A stretch of 63,765 nt of DNA, counting the filler, from Collodictyon triciliatum (Eukaryota), in the NCBI GenBank assembly GCA_043381765.1. It is 13 parts of 13 records of this genome, joined end to end, with 100 filler letters (N's around TTAATTAATTAA, not from the genome) between each part and the next. Parts side by side here need not be neighbours in the genome. Positions count along the whole stretch, not along the records: positions 8,658 to 13,317 come from JBHJMP010005879.1; positions 13,418 to 18,072 come from JBHJMP010005880.1; positions 18,173 to 22,826 come from JBHJMP010005881.1; positions 22,927 to 27,577 come from JBHJMP010005882.1; 9 more parts are not named here. The stretch is one strand, 5' to 3'. The position numbers and the translations under genes are program-made. The notes beneath the pieces are model-generated. The model saw only the letters and a program-made list of their open reading frames with translations. It made no database searches and was not told where the DNA came from. This document shows positions 13,179 through 26,089 of this stretch, one piece after another; within the stretch, counting starts at the first letter, position 1, and every line of letters begins with the position of its first letter.

Positions 13179-13231
13179 CTTCAATTGAACATAGGTATTG
13201 TTATAGGGTGTATCAGAAAGAGGAAGGGTAA

Positions 13232-13266
<35 letters not shown>

Positions 13267-14403
13267 AGAAAAAGAAAAAAAACCACAAACAAACAAACAA
13301 AACAAAAAAAAAACACANNNNNNNNNNNNNNNNNNNNNNNNNNNNNNNNNNNNNNNNNNNNTTAATTAATTAANNNNNNNNNNNNNNNNNNNNNNNNNNN
13401 NNNNNNNNNNNNNNNNNGGGGGGGGGAGGGGGAGGGGGGGGGGGAAATCGGGAATAATTGGATAGCGTACAACACATCCTTCATTTATAGATATTTCACA
13501 AAATTCACTTTATTCGTCAGACTAAGATTGAAAAACCATGTGTCAGGTCGGGTTCATCTTATTTTCAGTGTTTATCTACAATGCAGATATTTATTTTGGC
13601 TGTGAATCGACTAGCAACAGTATCAAGTGACTTTTAATGTATAATTATTCTCATCAATACTACTGGCAGTCGATGGATTGTGACAGTGTTGTTCATAACA
13701 CGTAGCTCAACATTTTCCAATCGAAATACAGTCCCAAAAAGCTATTATCATTTTATTCAATGAAGAGAAATGCTCAATTATTCAGTATAATAATTTATAA
13801 GATTAAAATAACATTGCAATAAAGTCTATTGATAGCCTATGATTGTAGTATCCAGTGAATTCTACGGTTGGCATGTCCCCTGGTTTATGCTATGAAAATA
13901 TTTCATTAACAATAAGAATACCCAATATGTCGTTCCAAAAAAAGTATACCTATAGGTTTTTTTAACAGTCCAGATATTGTATATCTTGTACTTAATCTTC
14001 CACCAAAAGTGATATTTTGATTTTTTTTTAGAGTATCCACATATATAATTTCTCCATATCTTATTTTCATCATCACGCTAATATAAGAGAGGAAGTAATC
14101 ATAGGTTTTGTGTATGTATTATGTTATTTTTGAAAAACAATTGGTGCTATTTTAACCTGTTTGTTGAGCGGGTATCGAAGTTTATGATGAATATATAATG
14201 AACAAAAATGTATATAGTTGGGCGTGCTTTTTTTTTACTTATCCAAATAATACCAAAGATATTCTGAAATAAAAGTTACAAAATTTGTGTAAGCTAACTT
14301 TAAAATTAATTCAGGGAGCGTATTCAATTTACCATTGGAAATAAGATTATAACTAAAATAATTTTATTGGATTAGGGATATGATTTCTTCACATCCAACC
14401 ACT

Positions 14404-17400
14404 ATGAGTCTTTGGCTGTTAGGTCATATGGATAATGTTCTTAATTTAAATGAATCGCCATTACTTAAAATCAATTTTTGAGGCACGAATTTACCCCCTT
14501 CTATCGATTATATAGGATTATTATTCTGCACTCATATTTTCCATGCAAAAGGACAAGATAGTTTGATTCGCACATTGACTGATCATAATAATGCCGTTGC
14601 CAGTGTTGTTGTTAGTCCTGATGGCTCAAAAATTGTTTCTGGAAGCTGGGATAATACAATCAAAATTTGGAATCTTTCTGATGGAGCTTTGATTCGTACA
14701 TTGACTGGTCACACTGATTATGTTAACAGTGTTGCTGTTACTCCTGACGGTTCAAAAATTGTTTCTGGAAGTGGTGATAAGACAATCAAAATTTGGAATC
14801 TTTCTAATGGAGCTTTGATTCGTACATTGACTGGCCATTCAGACAGTGTAAACTATGTTGCTGTTACTCCTGATGGCTCAAAAATTGTTTCTGGAAGCAG
14901 GGATAACACAGTCAAAATTTGGAATCTTTCAGATGGAACATTGATTCGCACACTAACTGGTCATACTAATAATGTCTTCAGTGTTGCTGTTACTCCTGAC
15001 GGTTCAAAAATTGTTTCTGGAAGTGGTGATAATACAATCAAAATTTGGAATCTTTCAGATGGAGCATTGATTCGCACACTAACTGGTCATACTAGTAATG
15101 TCTTCAGTGTTGCTGTTACTCCTGACGGTTCAAAAATTGTTTCTGGAAGTGGTGATAATACAATCAAAATTTGGAATCTTTCAGATGGAGCTTTGATTCG
15201 AACACTAACTGGTCATTCAAGCAGTGTTTACAGTATTGCTGTTACTTCTGATAACTCAAACATTGTCTCTGGAAGTGGTGATAAAGCAATTAAAGTTTGG
15301 GTTGTTTGCATTTTTGGTCAGTTTTATGATTCCATTTCGAAATCATGCCAACTATGTCCATCTGGCACCTACAGTACCGGAGGCACTACATATTGCTCTT
15401 TATGCCCAGCTGGTACTTACAATCCATCAAGTGGTTCTACGAGTGTTGGTGCCTGTATTTCATGCTCAGCTGGTACTTACAATCCATCAAGTGGTTCTAC
15501 GAGTGTTAACGCCTGTCTTTCATGCCCATCTGGCACGTACAACCCATCAAGTGGTTCTACGAGTGTTGGCGCCTGTCTTTCATGCTCATCTGGAACGTAC
15601 AACCCATCGACTGGGCAAAGTACATGCATTTTTTGCGAAGAAGGAAAATATAATAACAAAACTGGACAGCTATCGTGCCCTAATTGCGAACCAGGAACAT
15701 ACACTAATATACGAGGACAGACATCATGTTTTGACTGTCCAGTTGGTTTTTACAATCAAGAATCAGGAAAGACATATTGTACACCGTGCAGCCCAGGGAC
15801 ATTTTCAAACTCTTCTAAAGGGACTTTCTGCTTTAAATGCCCAGCTGGCTCTTACAATCCTAATGTTGCATCAACTAGTGTAAGCAGTTGCCAGCCATGT
15901 CCAAAAGGAAGATTTTCATCAAATTCAGGTGAATCAACATGTGAACTATGCCAACCTGGTTCTTACAACCAATACATCGGTCAGATTGGATGCATAAGTT
16001 GTACTGACGGGACATACAATCCGAGATTTGGCTCAACAAGCCAGGCATCATGTATTGAGTGTCCAAAAGGAACGTATGGAAATGAAAAAAGAGATGAATG
16101 TTTATCTTGTCCAGATGGAACATTCAACGACAAAACTGGCTCATTCAATCAATCATCATGTGTTTCATGTCCAAATGGAAGCTACAGCTCAGAAAGAAGC
16201 TCTTCATGTAGTTTGTGCTTATCAGGATTCTATCAAAAAGAAGGAATAACAAAAGACTCAAGCTCATGTTACCCCTGTCCAAAAGGCACATTCAACTCAA
16301 ACTCCGGCTCATATGGAAACTCATCATGCGTTGAATGTCCACAAGGGACTTGGAATGATAGAGACGGTCAAGCATCATGCACATCATGCCCAGCTGGAAC
16401 TTACAACAACAAAACTGGCTCATCATATCAATCATCATGCATTTCATGTCCAAACGGAAGCTACAGCTCAGTTGGAAGCTCTTCATGTAGTCCATGTTCT
16501 CCTGGATTCTATCAAAAAGAAGGAATCACAAAAGACTCGCAATCATGTCATACATGCCCAAAAGGCACATTTAACTCAAACTCCGGCTCATATGGAAACA
16601 AATCATGCATTGAATGTCCACAAGGTAGTTGGAACGATAAGAATGGTCAGGCATCGTGCACATCATGTCCAGCTGGAACATTCAACGACAAAACTGGTTC
16701 ATATGACCAATCATCATGCATTTCATGTCCAAACGGAAGCTACAGCTCAGAGAGAAGCTCTTCATGTAGTTTGTGCTCATCAGGATACTATCAAAAAGAT
16801 GGAATCACAAAAGACTCGCAATCATGCTATGCTTGCTCAAAAGGTACATTCAACTCAAACTCCGGCTCATATGGAAACTCATCATGCACCGAATGTCCAC
16901 AAGGTAGTTGGAACGATAAGAATGGTCAGGCATCATGCTCATCGTGTCCAGCTGGAACATTCAACGACAAAACTGGTTCATATGACCAATCATCATGTGA
17001 TTTATGTCCAGATGGAAGCTACAGCTCAGAAAGAAGCTCATCATGCATCTCATGTTCACCAGGATTCTATCAAAATGAAGGAATCATAAAAGACTCCAAA
17101 TCATGCTATGCTTGTTCAAAAGGCACATTCAACTCAAACTCCGGCTCATATGGAAACAAATCATGTATTGAATGTCCACAAGGCACTTGGAATGATAGAG
17201 ATGGTCAAGCATCATGCACATCATGTCCAGCTGGAACTTACAATAACAAAACTGGTTCATTTGACCAATCATGTATTTCATGTCCAAACGGAAGCTACAG
17301 CTCAGAGAGAAGTGCTTCATGCAGCTTATGTTCACCAGGATTCTATCAAAAGGAACATATCATAAAAGACTCCAAATCATGCTATGCTTGTTCAAAAGGC

Positions 17401-18072
17401 TCATTCAACTCAAACTCCGGCTCATATGGAAACAAATCATGTATTGAATGTCCACAAGGTACTTGGAACGATAAAGACGGTCAAGCATCATGCACATCGT
17501 GTCCAGCTGGTACATTCAACAATAAAACTGGCTCATCATATCAATCATCATGTATTTCATGTCCAAATGGAAGCTACAGCTCAGAAAGAAGCGCATCATG
17601 CAGCTTATGTTCACCAGGATTCTATCAAAAGGAACATATCACAAAAGACTCGCAGTCATGCTATGCTTGCTCAAAAGGCACATTCAACTCAAACTCCGGC
17701 TCATATGGAAACAAATCATGTATTGAATGTCCACAAGGGACTTGGAATGATAGAGACGGTCAAGCATCATGCATATCATGTCCAGCTGGAACTTACAACA
17801 ACAAAACTGGTTCATTTGACCAATCATGTATTTCATGTCCAAACGGAAGCTACAGCACGATTGGGAGCTCATCATGCAGTTTGTGCTTATCAGGACTCTA
17901 TCAAAAAGAAGAAATGATGAAAGACTCACAATCATGCTATGCTTGTCCAAAAGGCACATTCAACTCAAACTCCGGCTCATATGGCAATAAATCATGTATT
18001 GAATGTCCACAAGGCACTTGGAATGATAGAGAGGGTCAAGCATCATGCACATCATGTCCAGCTGGTACATAC
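14404..18072 (+). CDS. Secreted or cell-surface protein: signal peptide + 6 near-identical WD40 repeats + long Cys-rich (GCC2/GCC3, ephrin-receptor-like) repeat stalk; 3' truncated
   Basis: Exon 1 (14404-14422) and a 93-nt GT-AG intron join in frame to give MSLWLLGLLFCTHIFHAKG/QDSLIRTLT. Six 42-aa repeats (LTGH..V.SVAVTPDGSKIVSGS.DNTIKIWNL) follow, then more than 900 aa of CxxCPxGTY-type repeats. Confidence 0.9.
16100..18072 (+). repeat. Coding tandem repeat, 279/276-nt unit (93/92 aa), about 7 copies
   Basis: The AAAGGC/T (KG) anchor recurs at 16282, 16561, 16840, 17119, 17395, 17674 and 17950. Confidence 0.92.
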
Positions 18073-18172
18073 NNNNNNNNNNNNNNNNNNNNNNNNNNNN
18101 NNNNNNNNNNNNNNNNTTAATTAATTAANNNNNNNNNNNNNNNNNNNNNNNNNNNNNNNNNNNNNNNNNNNN

Positions 18173-18704
18173 CCGTATGCGACAAACTGGCCAACGCCAG
18201 GAATCACCTTCATCTTGTCTTCGATGGCGGTGGGTGCGATGTTCTCACCTCCGGCCGTGATGATGAGCTCTTTCTTTCTTCCAGTGATATAGACAAATCC
18301 CTTCAAAAGAAAAAAAGCTTTAAGAATAAAATATTTCTAGCATTATAGACCAAAATTAAAACAGCGAGGGCATGCTTAGGAACAAAAAAAAAATTTTTAC
18401 AAGGAAATTATAACATGGCAGTTGAGGAAGAAATATCAAAGATTTGAATATCCGCTTACATCTTCATCGATTTTCCCAAGGTCACCAGTGTGGAGCCACC
18501 CATCTTTGTCGATTGCTGCAGCCGTAGCCTCGGGGTCTTTCCAATATCCTTTCTGAAAATTAATAAAGGGATAATGCTTTTAGAAGTCAAGAACAGTAAG
18601 TGAATAACTGACGAGGAACTCACGAACACGAAGGGCCCTCTCATACACAGCTCTCCGTCATCAAATATCTTGGCCTCGCCTCCAATCTGCAAATATGTGA
18701 TATG

Positions 18705-18739
<35 letters not shown>

Positions 18740-21708
18740 TCTTTCAATTTGTACAAGATGGAAGTGATGTCGGCTTTTGTTCGCCAGCCATAGTAATGTG
18801 TAAAAAGTTATTGTATAGTAGGAATTTTACTTAAGGGAGGTATCAAATGAGAACACTTAAAATTTGGGGGTCATATAATCCGTATTCTTACTATCGGACC
18901 GACGGAACCAAGCCTGTGCCATCCTTCACATTCAATCATAGTCAAACCACAAGCTTCACTCATTCCGAATGCTTCATACAACGGCATTCCCTTTATAATT
19001 ATCAGGATATAAATATTCCAAGCAGTTTGATAAATCCTCATCCTGATCCGACATAGTTCCACAAACCCCGCTAGAACACATATAGTCAACTAATTCAATA
19101 CAAACCAAGCTCAAGAAGTACTCTAAAGTCTCTCGGCTTGTAGGAGCTGCACCCGTTACGTACACCCTACATTCCCCGAAGCCCAGGGCTTCTCGAACCT
19201 ATTAACTTTTTTTTAGCATAAAAACGCCAAATTCCAACGCGTTCCCTTCATTCCCCAAAACTGTACGAGGCAGACCTTGTGGAACATGGTCTTTTGCAAC
19301 ATGCTGAAAGTGAAGCCAGCATTTCTATTGTCGATGATTTTCATGCTTCCTTCCAGTCCTTTTTTCTTCGCCCATGTAGATATAGCCTTGGAAACTTTAT
19401 TCGAAGCACCAGGATGCAAAATAGGACAGGAATCGAGCAGAATACGAGGAAAAGCATTAGTTGTGGCTTTGTCTTAATCATCAATTGTTATCAAATAGTG
19501 ATTCAATTCACCATTTTCTTATCTAATACAATTTCAAGTGCTATTTTTATTTTTAGTCCTGGAGCTCTCAGGGGCTCCAAATATTTTTTTAAAATGAGAA
19601 ACCTACCGCCGCCTCGGCTCGCGCCTGCTGCTTTCAAAGCTGACTCTATTTTTTCCCAAACACGAGGAACACCAAAGAAGGCGGTTGGGCGAACCTCTTT
19701 TAGAGTCTATGTCAGATAAAGGGAACCATATATTTTAGAAAAAGCAAGGATCTGAGTAGGGGTATCGTCTGTACTTTAAAAACCCCACGAAGTCTCGTCA
19801 ATAGATCATAATTTTTTTTTTAAAAAAAGGATTGTTCATAAGAAGTTTGAAGTAACCCATCTAGGTTGTGAGAAGGGATATGTTGGTTGTTTTATTTTTT
19901 TAATGAATAATAGTAAATATAATTATAATGATTATAGTAACTATGAAGATGGCGATGACAATGGCAATAAAGATGCCAGTGATACTAATAAAGTTCCTCG
20001 ATTCTACCTGCACTAGTGCTCCTTTCAGTGCGTCGGGTGTAGCAAAAAAAAGTTGGCTACCAACAAACGCTGGAATGAATAGCCCGGCAACTTGCTCAGC
20101 AACATGGCTGTAAGTTTTACGCTTAATGTGAATTTGTAGGGTTATGCACAAAAAAAGTACATAAATTACAAACGTACAGACATAAAGTACTTAAAGTAGG
20201 GGTATAAGGGAGCACACAACGAAGGATAATAAACCTTAGTGGTAGATAGCTAACCGTTCGGTCCATGTGCGTAAATTTGAATAATGCCTTCACAGATGCA
20301 CATTCCCAACTAACACTTTTGTGGGTCATCATAACTCCCTTTGGAGTTCCTGTGGTTCCTGATGTATAAATCAGAGAGCAAATGTCACTCACCTGGATTT
20401 TATCGATTCTTTTGCGAAGCTCCATGTCTGAAACCTTAGTGTTTTTCAGGAGATGATTAGAGATTTTTTTGAACTATTCGATGATTTTTCTATTATTTTA
20501 TTGACATAAAAGTTTGTTGGATTACAAGTGGGCCTTTACTTCACCACTCATCCCCATGAATTTATTCCATGTCATAGCCCATCCGTCTGGGTCTGTTGAG
20601 TCATCCATCAGAATGACTCTTTTCACTTTTGTTAATTGGTTGCGAATTACTTTGAACTTTGCTAGCTGTGTCAGATTTTCCACAAAGACCAACTGGGTCA
20701 AGTTGAATGAGTATGAGACATGGGCAATGGGACTGTTTATAACCATACGATATTCATGTACCAAGATTCCTTGTAACATGAGATTATGTACTAAAAAGTA
20801 TTATATATCGTATAAATTCATAACACTATGTCAAAACCACTTGTATTTGGCTAACCTGGGAGTCACTATGGTCAGTTATATAGAAACACTGTTCTGGACT
20901 GTTCGTTGTGTATATTCCAGACACAATCCCACCGGCATGAATCACACCCATAGCAGCGATATACCATTCAGGGCTGTTAAAGCCGATAATTGAAATAGAC
21001 CTTTTGTCCTCCAAACCGCACGCCATCATCGCCTAGTAAGAAAAAAACAGTGATTAGAAAATCTGTTCGGAATTGGAATCGAATAGTTAAATGATAGAAA
21101 CACTTGGCGGTGTCAGAAATCAAAAGACAATACATCTATTTTGAGAAAGGATTTCTTCACTTCTCTCCAAACACTATGATTGTAAGTAGTGAGGTATGAA
21201 AACGCTACTTTTCAAAAAAAAATATATAGTTGAGATGAGCATCTAAACTTTGAATGTTGAATATTCTATTCAAACCTTTGCAGCAGTCAGAACATCCTCG
21301 TGATATTGCGTATAAGTCCAGCTAACCCAGCGGTCTTTTCTCTTCACATGGAGTGCAGACTGAGACGGAAACCTAGAGAGAGATAAAAGTTAAATATACG
21401 GAAATAATAAAAAAAAATTTAAAAAAAGTAACGACAAAGAGGCAATAAAGTAAAAGAAAGGAAAAGGAATGAAAATAAGATAAGAGGAGAGCGTTGATAA
21501 GGATAAGCCATTTGCTGGCTGACTTAGTTCACCATTCTTTCAACCTATTCTTGTCAAGAAGGGCGGGCAAAATAACGACATATTATCTATGTTTGATTTG
21601 TAAGTGCTCAAACTTTTCCGCGGTTTCCTTGAAAAAGGCCGGGATAGTCACTGCGGAGGCTTCAGGGATATGGGGGATGGGAGGGCGAGGATTCCGCGGA
21701 GATGACAT
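18173..21708 (-). CDS. Long-chain fatty acyl-CoA synthetase, bubblegum (ACSBG) type, multi-exon, 3' truncated
   Basis: [113 protein letters not shown]. Confidence 0.92.
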
Positions 21709-22617
21709 TCTCGTTATGCTGACTCTGTTGATCTTCTCTGTCTCGTCCTTCTTGTTTTCTCTCCACAAGGGTTGAAATCCTTCTTTTCACTTCCCGTCTT
21801 TCTACGCGGACCTACAAGCAACATGGCCGAGTCAAACAGGCGCCGACCTCACAATTCATCCTCTGCAGTGCAATGCGACCGCCCAGCATCATGACTATCA
21901 CAATGGTCATGGAAAGTGGCATTCGGTTGGGTGCTCAAGCGCGCTTGTTTTGGCCATCAGCCGCGTTCGCTGGGCGGACAAATTCCGCCCAGCTTCAAAC
22001 TGACACGTTTCACGCGCGTTCGGTCTGTCTCCTTTGAATTTGTTGGGTTCTCGCGGGGTTGTGTGGTGAAGGTTTATATATATTGCCAGCGTGGCTGCGT
22101 CAGAGTTGTGGTGAAAGGGGCGCAACGGCCAGCGCATTCGGAAAGGTCACGCAATCTGGATTTCAGAAGTATCACAATATGGATTCTATCGACCTGGATT
22201 AATTTGGTCTTTATCTTTATTTGTACGAAAACTATGAAATTCCGTTGGAGAGCAGCCATAGTTGGATGCCTATGTGGGTGCGCGCGTGCCATAATATCAA
22301 TCGCAGGAAAAAATCAAAGAACAGATTTCCAATATTACTATGTGTAGATAAATATATTTGTGATATAAATATATTATAATTAGAGATTATCAAATCTACT
22401 AGAGTCTTTTGAAAGGTACGATAATTAAATTCCAATTACAGAAGTATAGCCGCCCGTTTTGTAGCCGCCATTTGAACGTTGTCTTGTGCTCGTTTTTATT
22501 CACAGGCTCTGTTCGTATCTCTGGGTTGCGAACTTTGTTAAATTGCGCGGTCACCGAATCAACACCCTGTAAAACTGAGACAAAAAAGACACAAAAGAAA
22601 AAAGACACCAAGAGAAG

Positions 22618-22826
22618 AAAATAAAAATAAAAATAAAAATAAAAATAAAAATAAAAATAAAAATAAAAATAAAAATAAAAATAAAAATAAAAATAAAAAT
22701 AAAAATAAAAATAAAAATAAAAGTAAAAATAAAAGTAAAAATAAAAGTAAAAATAAAAGTAAAAATAAAAGTAAAAATAAAAGTAAAAATAAAAGTAAAA
22801 ATAAAAGTAAAAATAAAAGTAAAAAT
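22618..22826 (+). repeat. (AAAATA)n / (AAAATAAAAGTA)n microsatellite
   Basis: Directly visible at the scaffold end. Confidence 0.95.
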
Positions 22827-23090
22827 NNNNNNNNNNNNNNNNNNNNNNNNNNNNNNNNNNNNNNNNNNNNTTAATTAATTAANNNNNNNNNNNNNNNNNN
22901 NNNNNNNNNNNNNNNNNNNNNNNNNNTTTTTGTTTTCTTTGTTGCGCAAGTGATGTGGAGGGGGAGGGGGAGGGGGGGGGGGGGGGGGGTGTTGGCACAA
23001 TCTCTTGAGCATAAAAATTAATCGGACTTTAAAAGAAAAAGAAAAAGAAAAAGAAAAAAAAACATCACGGGATAAAGAAAAAAAAACTAA

Positions 23091-26089
23091 CCTCTTTTTG
23101 TTATGATATAGTCCATTTGTATTTCAGCGATATCTTCTTCGGTTACTTTTGTTTTGCTTACTATTGTTTCACTCAGTTGATGAAGAGTTGTCTATTGTAT
23201 GAGCATAAATACGGATTTTGTTCAAAGATCATATATTGATCTTATAGTTCAATAGGCATTAGTGCTAATGAATATTAATTTTATGCGGAATTTTTTTAAT
23301 AAAAAAAAAACCATGGCCTTATCTAAGGTGGATTCAAAGAGTGAAGAAGTGGATTTCAAATGATGTCCTTGTATTTCAGAGAATTCTGAAAGATTATACC
23401 TAAAATAATCCAAAAAAGTTTTCGGATTAGTAGATGGAATGGACTTTACTCTACTTAATATTTGTTAAAATAATAGGAACGGCTTCGTGATTCCCATAAT
23501 GAAGTCATACGCCTGCTGGAACTTCTCTGTCTCTAAAATAATAGCTTCAGATATATCACAACTGAGCTTTTTGATTTCAAGAAAGGTATTTGTAAATGCA
23601 GGATTTATGTGGATTAGCCGCTCCGATATCTTGTGGCGGGTTCGACAATACAATTTGAAGCGTACATCTTTTAAGGTTTCGATTAGACAATTTGAGGATT
23701 TATGTATTCAAAGTGGAATAAATCCGTCATATAACTGATAAAGAATTTTGAAAGGGAAAAATGAATTACTTGCTCTCCATAACCCAAATGACTTCCGTAT
23801 CAAGTAATTTTTGAAAAAGTTCATGCTGGTTAAAATGTTAAATAATATGCTTTCTCGAACCCAGTCTGAAAGAGTATATCTTTCTGTAGGTTCGTTGGGG
23901 GTGATATGAACAACACCGTTGGATGACATTGTAAAATGTTCTGGTTCAATCTCCTCTGTTGATACGACGACCAAGTCGTATGGTCGAAAAGTCTGTGATG
24001 ATTTGGATTAGGCTGGTGCATTATTCAAGCAAGTGCAAATTATGTGATTTTAACTCTTTTTTTCTAGAGTCAATTAAGAAAGTAGCGTGGTGCATACATC
24101 TCGAACAGCACGGTTCAGGTGTACAAATTTCAGGTCTAGGCCTGTTCCTTGTAGAGCAAAAAATGCTACAGCATCTTCTCCAGTCCGCATGTGTACGTAC
24201 TTCCGTGGGGATGAAGGATTACCAAAATGATCTCTGACCTCCTCGATGTGATCAGCTATGCCGACGATGAATATTTTAAAAGGGAAATTAAACCAAATAA
24301 ATAAGAAAATTATTGATTTTCGGTTGAGAAGATTGAAATATACAAGGAAGTATAGTGGATGGAATAGATAACCATTTCTGGGTGACTTTCTTCCAGTTAG
24401 TAAACGACGGCTTCGAGGAGATGCTAAAATAAAAAAAAAATCGAATATATCACAAAGATGCAGGTATGTGGATACTGAATATATTGTTTTCGATTGGGAC
24501 TGTGTCCTATTGATAATAACAAGATGCGACTGTATGGTGACTTTAAGTATCTTGCCATTAATTCGAGGAGAAGGCTCTCTGTTGAGATTCAGGGGAGGCA
24601 CCCTTGGTGATTGGAATCTCGCAGAGAGAGAAGGTTTTCGATTGCTGTTTGAATCATTATCAACATTTCCACTCACGAATGTGTAGTCGAAAAGCCCAGC
24701 GTTTGGCTTAAGGATTTTTCTTTCGTCAGTCACAAAAGCAGAAATTGAATAGAGAATAAACGAATTTGGAAGAGCGAGTTATTACGATCTCTTAAAAAAA
24801 AAAAAAAAACTCAAGATGGATTAAATTTCTTCTTCATTAATTCAGTTCCAGATTGAAGAGTATGAAGCTTTTCAATTCCTTTTATCAAGAGGTAATAATA
24901 TAATATATATGGTTTGTAAATCTGAAAAATTACGGGTTGAGGTAACATCGGTACTGTAGGTGGCCTAAGGGCTGGTGTTGAGTGTGATCGTGGACCTGTA
25001 TCAATAAATACATGAACGAATGAAATAGCTATAAAATAACTCTTCTCAGTGAAGATGAAAGTATAATCATATTATATTAGTAATTAAAGACCCCAGCTAT
25101 TGAAGTTTAAAATATGAAAGCTTGTGAATATGTTTGTTTGTTTTTTCCTTTTTCGATTCAAGATATCGTATGCATATTATATCGTTCGACAATGCCAAAA
25201 AAATTGAACTTTGACAGACAAATATTCATGAGAAAGTAAAAATAAAAAAATCAAGATGCATTATACATATCAACTTATTACCGTGCGAAGTCAGCGTGTC
25301 ACTGTGTAGCTTTGGTTTCTTTTCTCCTTTTGTAGAGCGTGATGATTCACAAGGGGGTAGCTATAAGAAATGATAAGGTATGGAAAAAAAAAAGGAGACG
25401 ATTCAAAAAAAAATGGTAGATATTTGGTATACTTTTCAAAAATTAAGTTGCCGAACCCCAATTTCAAGATTGTATATCATTTATTCGAATCAAATATCAA
25501 TTCGAAAAAATCATTTATCATGGAATTTGTAAGAATTTTTTTGAAAGATGACAAAACCTTAAATTCTGAGCGAGGAGAAGGACTACGGAGAAGATTAGGT
25601 CGGAATCTGCGCATATTCATCATAATTTCTGGGAAGGATTCTTCCAGAGCTTTGATCGTAGAATCATGGTCGAGGTGTGGATGACCTTGTAATTGATGCA
25701 GGAGCTTTTCGATGTAATGTGATATCTGAGAATGAAAGGTTTAGAAACTATGTATATAGGTCGATGATGAGATTTAGCCTTTTAATATTGCTTTTTTTTT
25801 CATATATTTTTCACTCCTTCCTTAGTCTGAGAATATCGTCAGAAAAAAATCTATTTTGTCATTTACTGGAATGTTTTTGGTGACTATATAATGATTGAGT
25901 TCTGTTTATCGACATTTCTTTTAAGAGGTCGTTTTCTACGCATCTCGTACCCGCAACTTCAATCAACGATCATAACTTGAGAAAAGTCTATAGTGGTCGA
26001 ATAGACAATCATACCTGAGGGTTTATTTTCCTTTGGGTGTAAGCAAGAGGAAGTTCTGATAATGCTTTGTTGAGTATTGTCCATGCCTC
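23091..26089 (-). CDS. N-terminal part of an axonemal inner-arm dynein heavy chain (DNAH6-like); 5' extent uncertain
   Basis: Exons give RTGEDAVAFFA..KFVHLNR, FRPYDLVVV..EHFTMSSNGVVHI..YTLSDWVRESILFNILTSMNFFKNYLIRKSFGLWR, an N-terminal pattern of DNAH6-type dyneins. Low-complexity exons upstream (to 26089) are assigned only by strand and proximity. Confidence 0.72.

Noticed and set aside
23311-23320. Possible GC-AG donor in the dynein gene (also at about 52347)
   Set aside because: An in-frame canonical GT donor is available a few bases further on in both cases.
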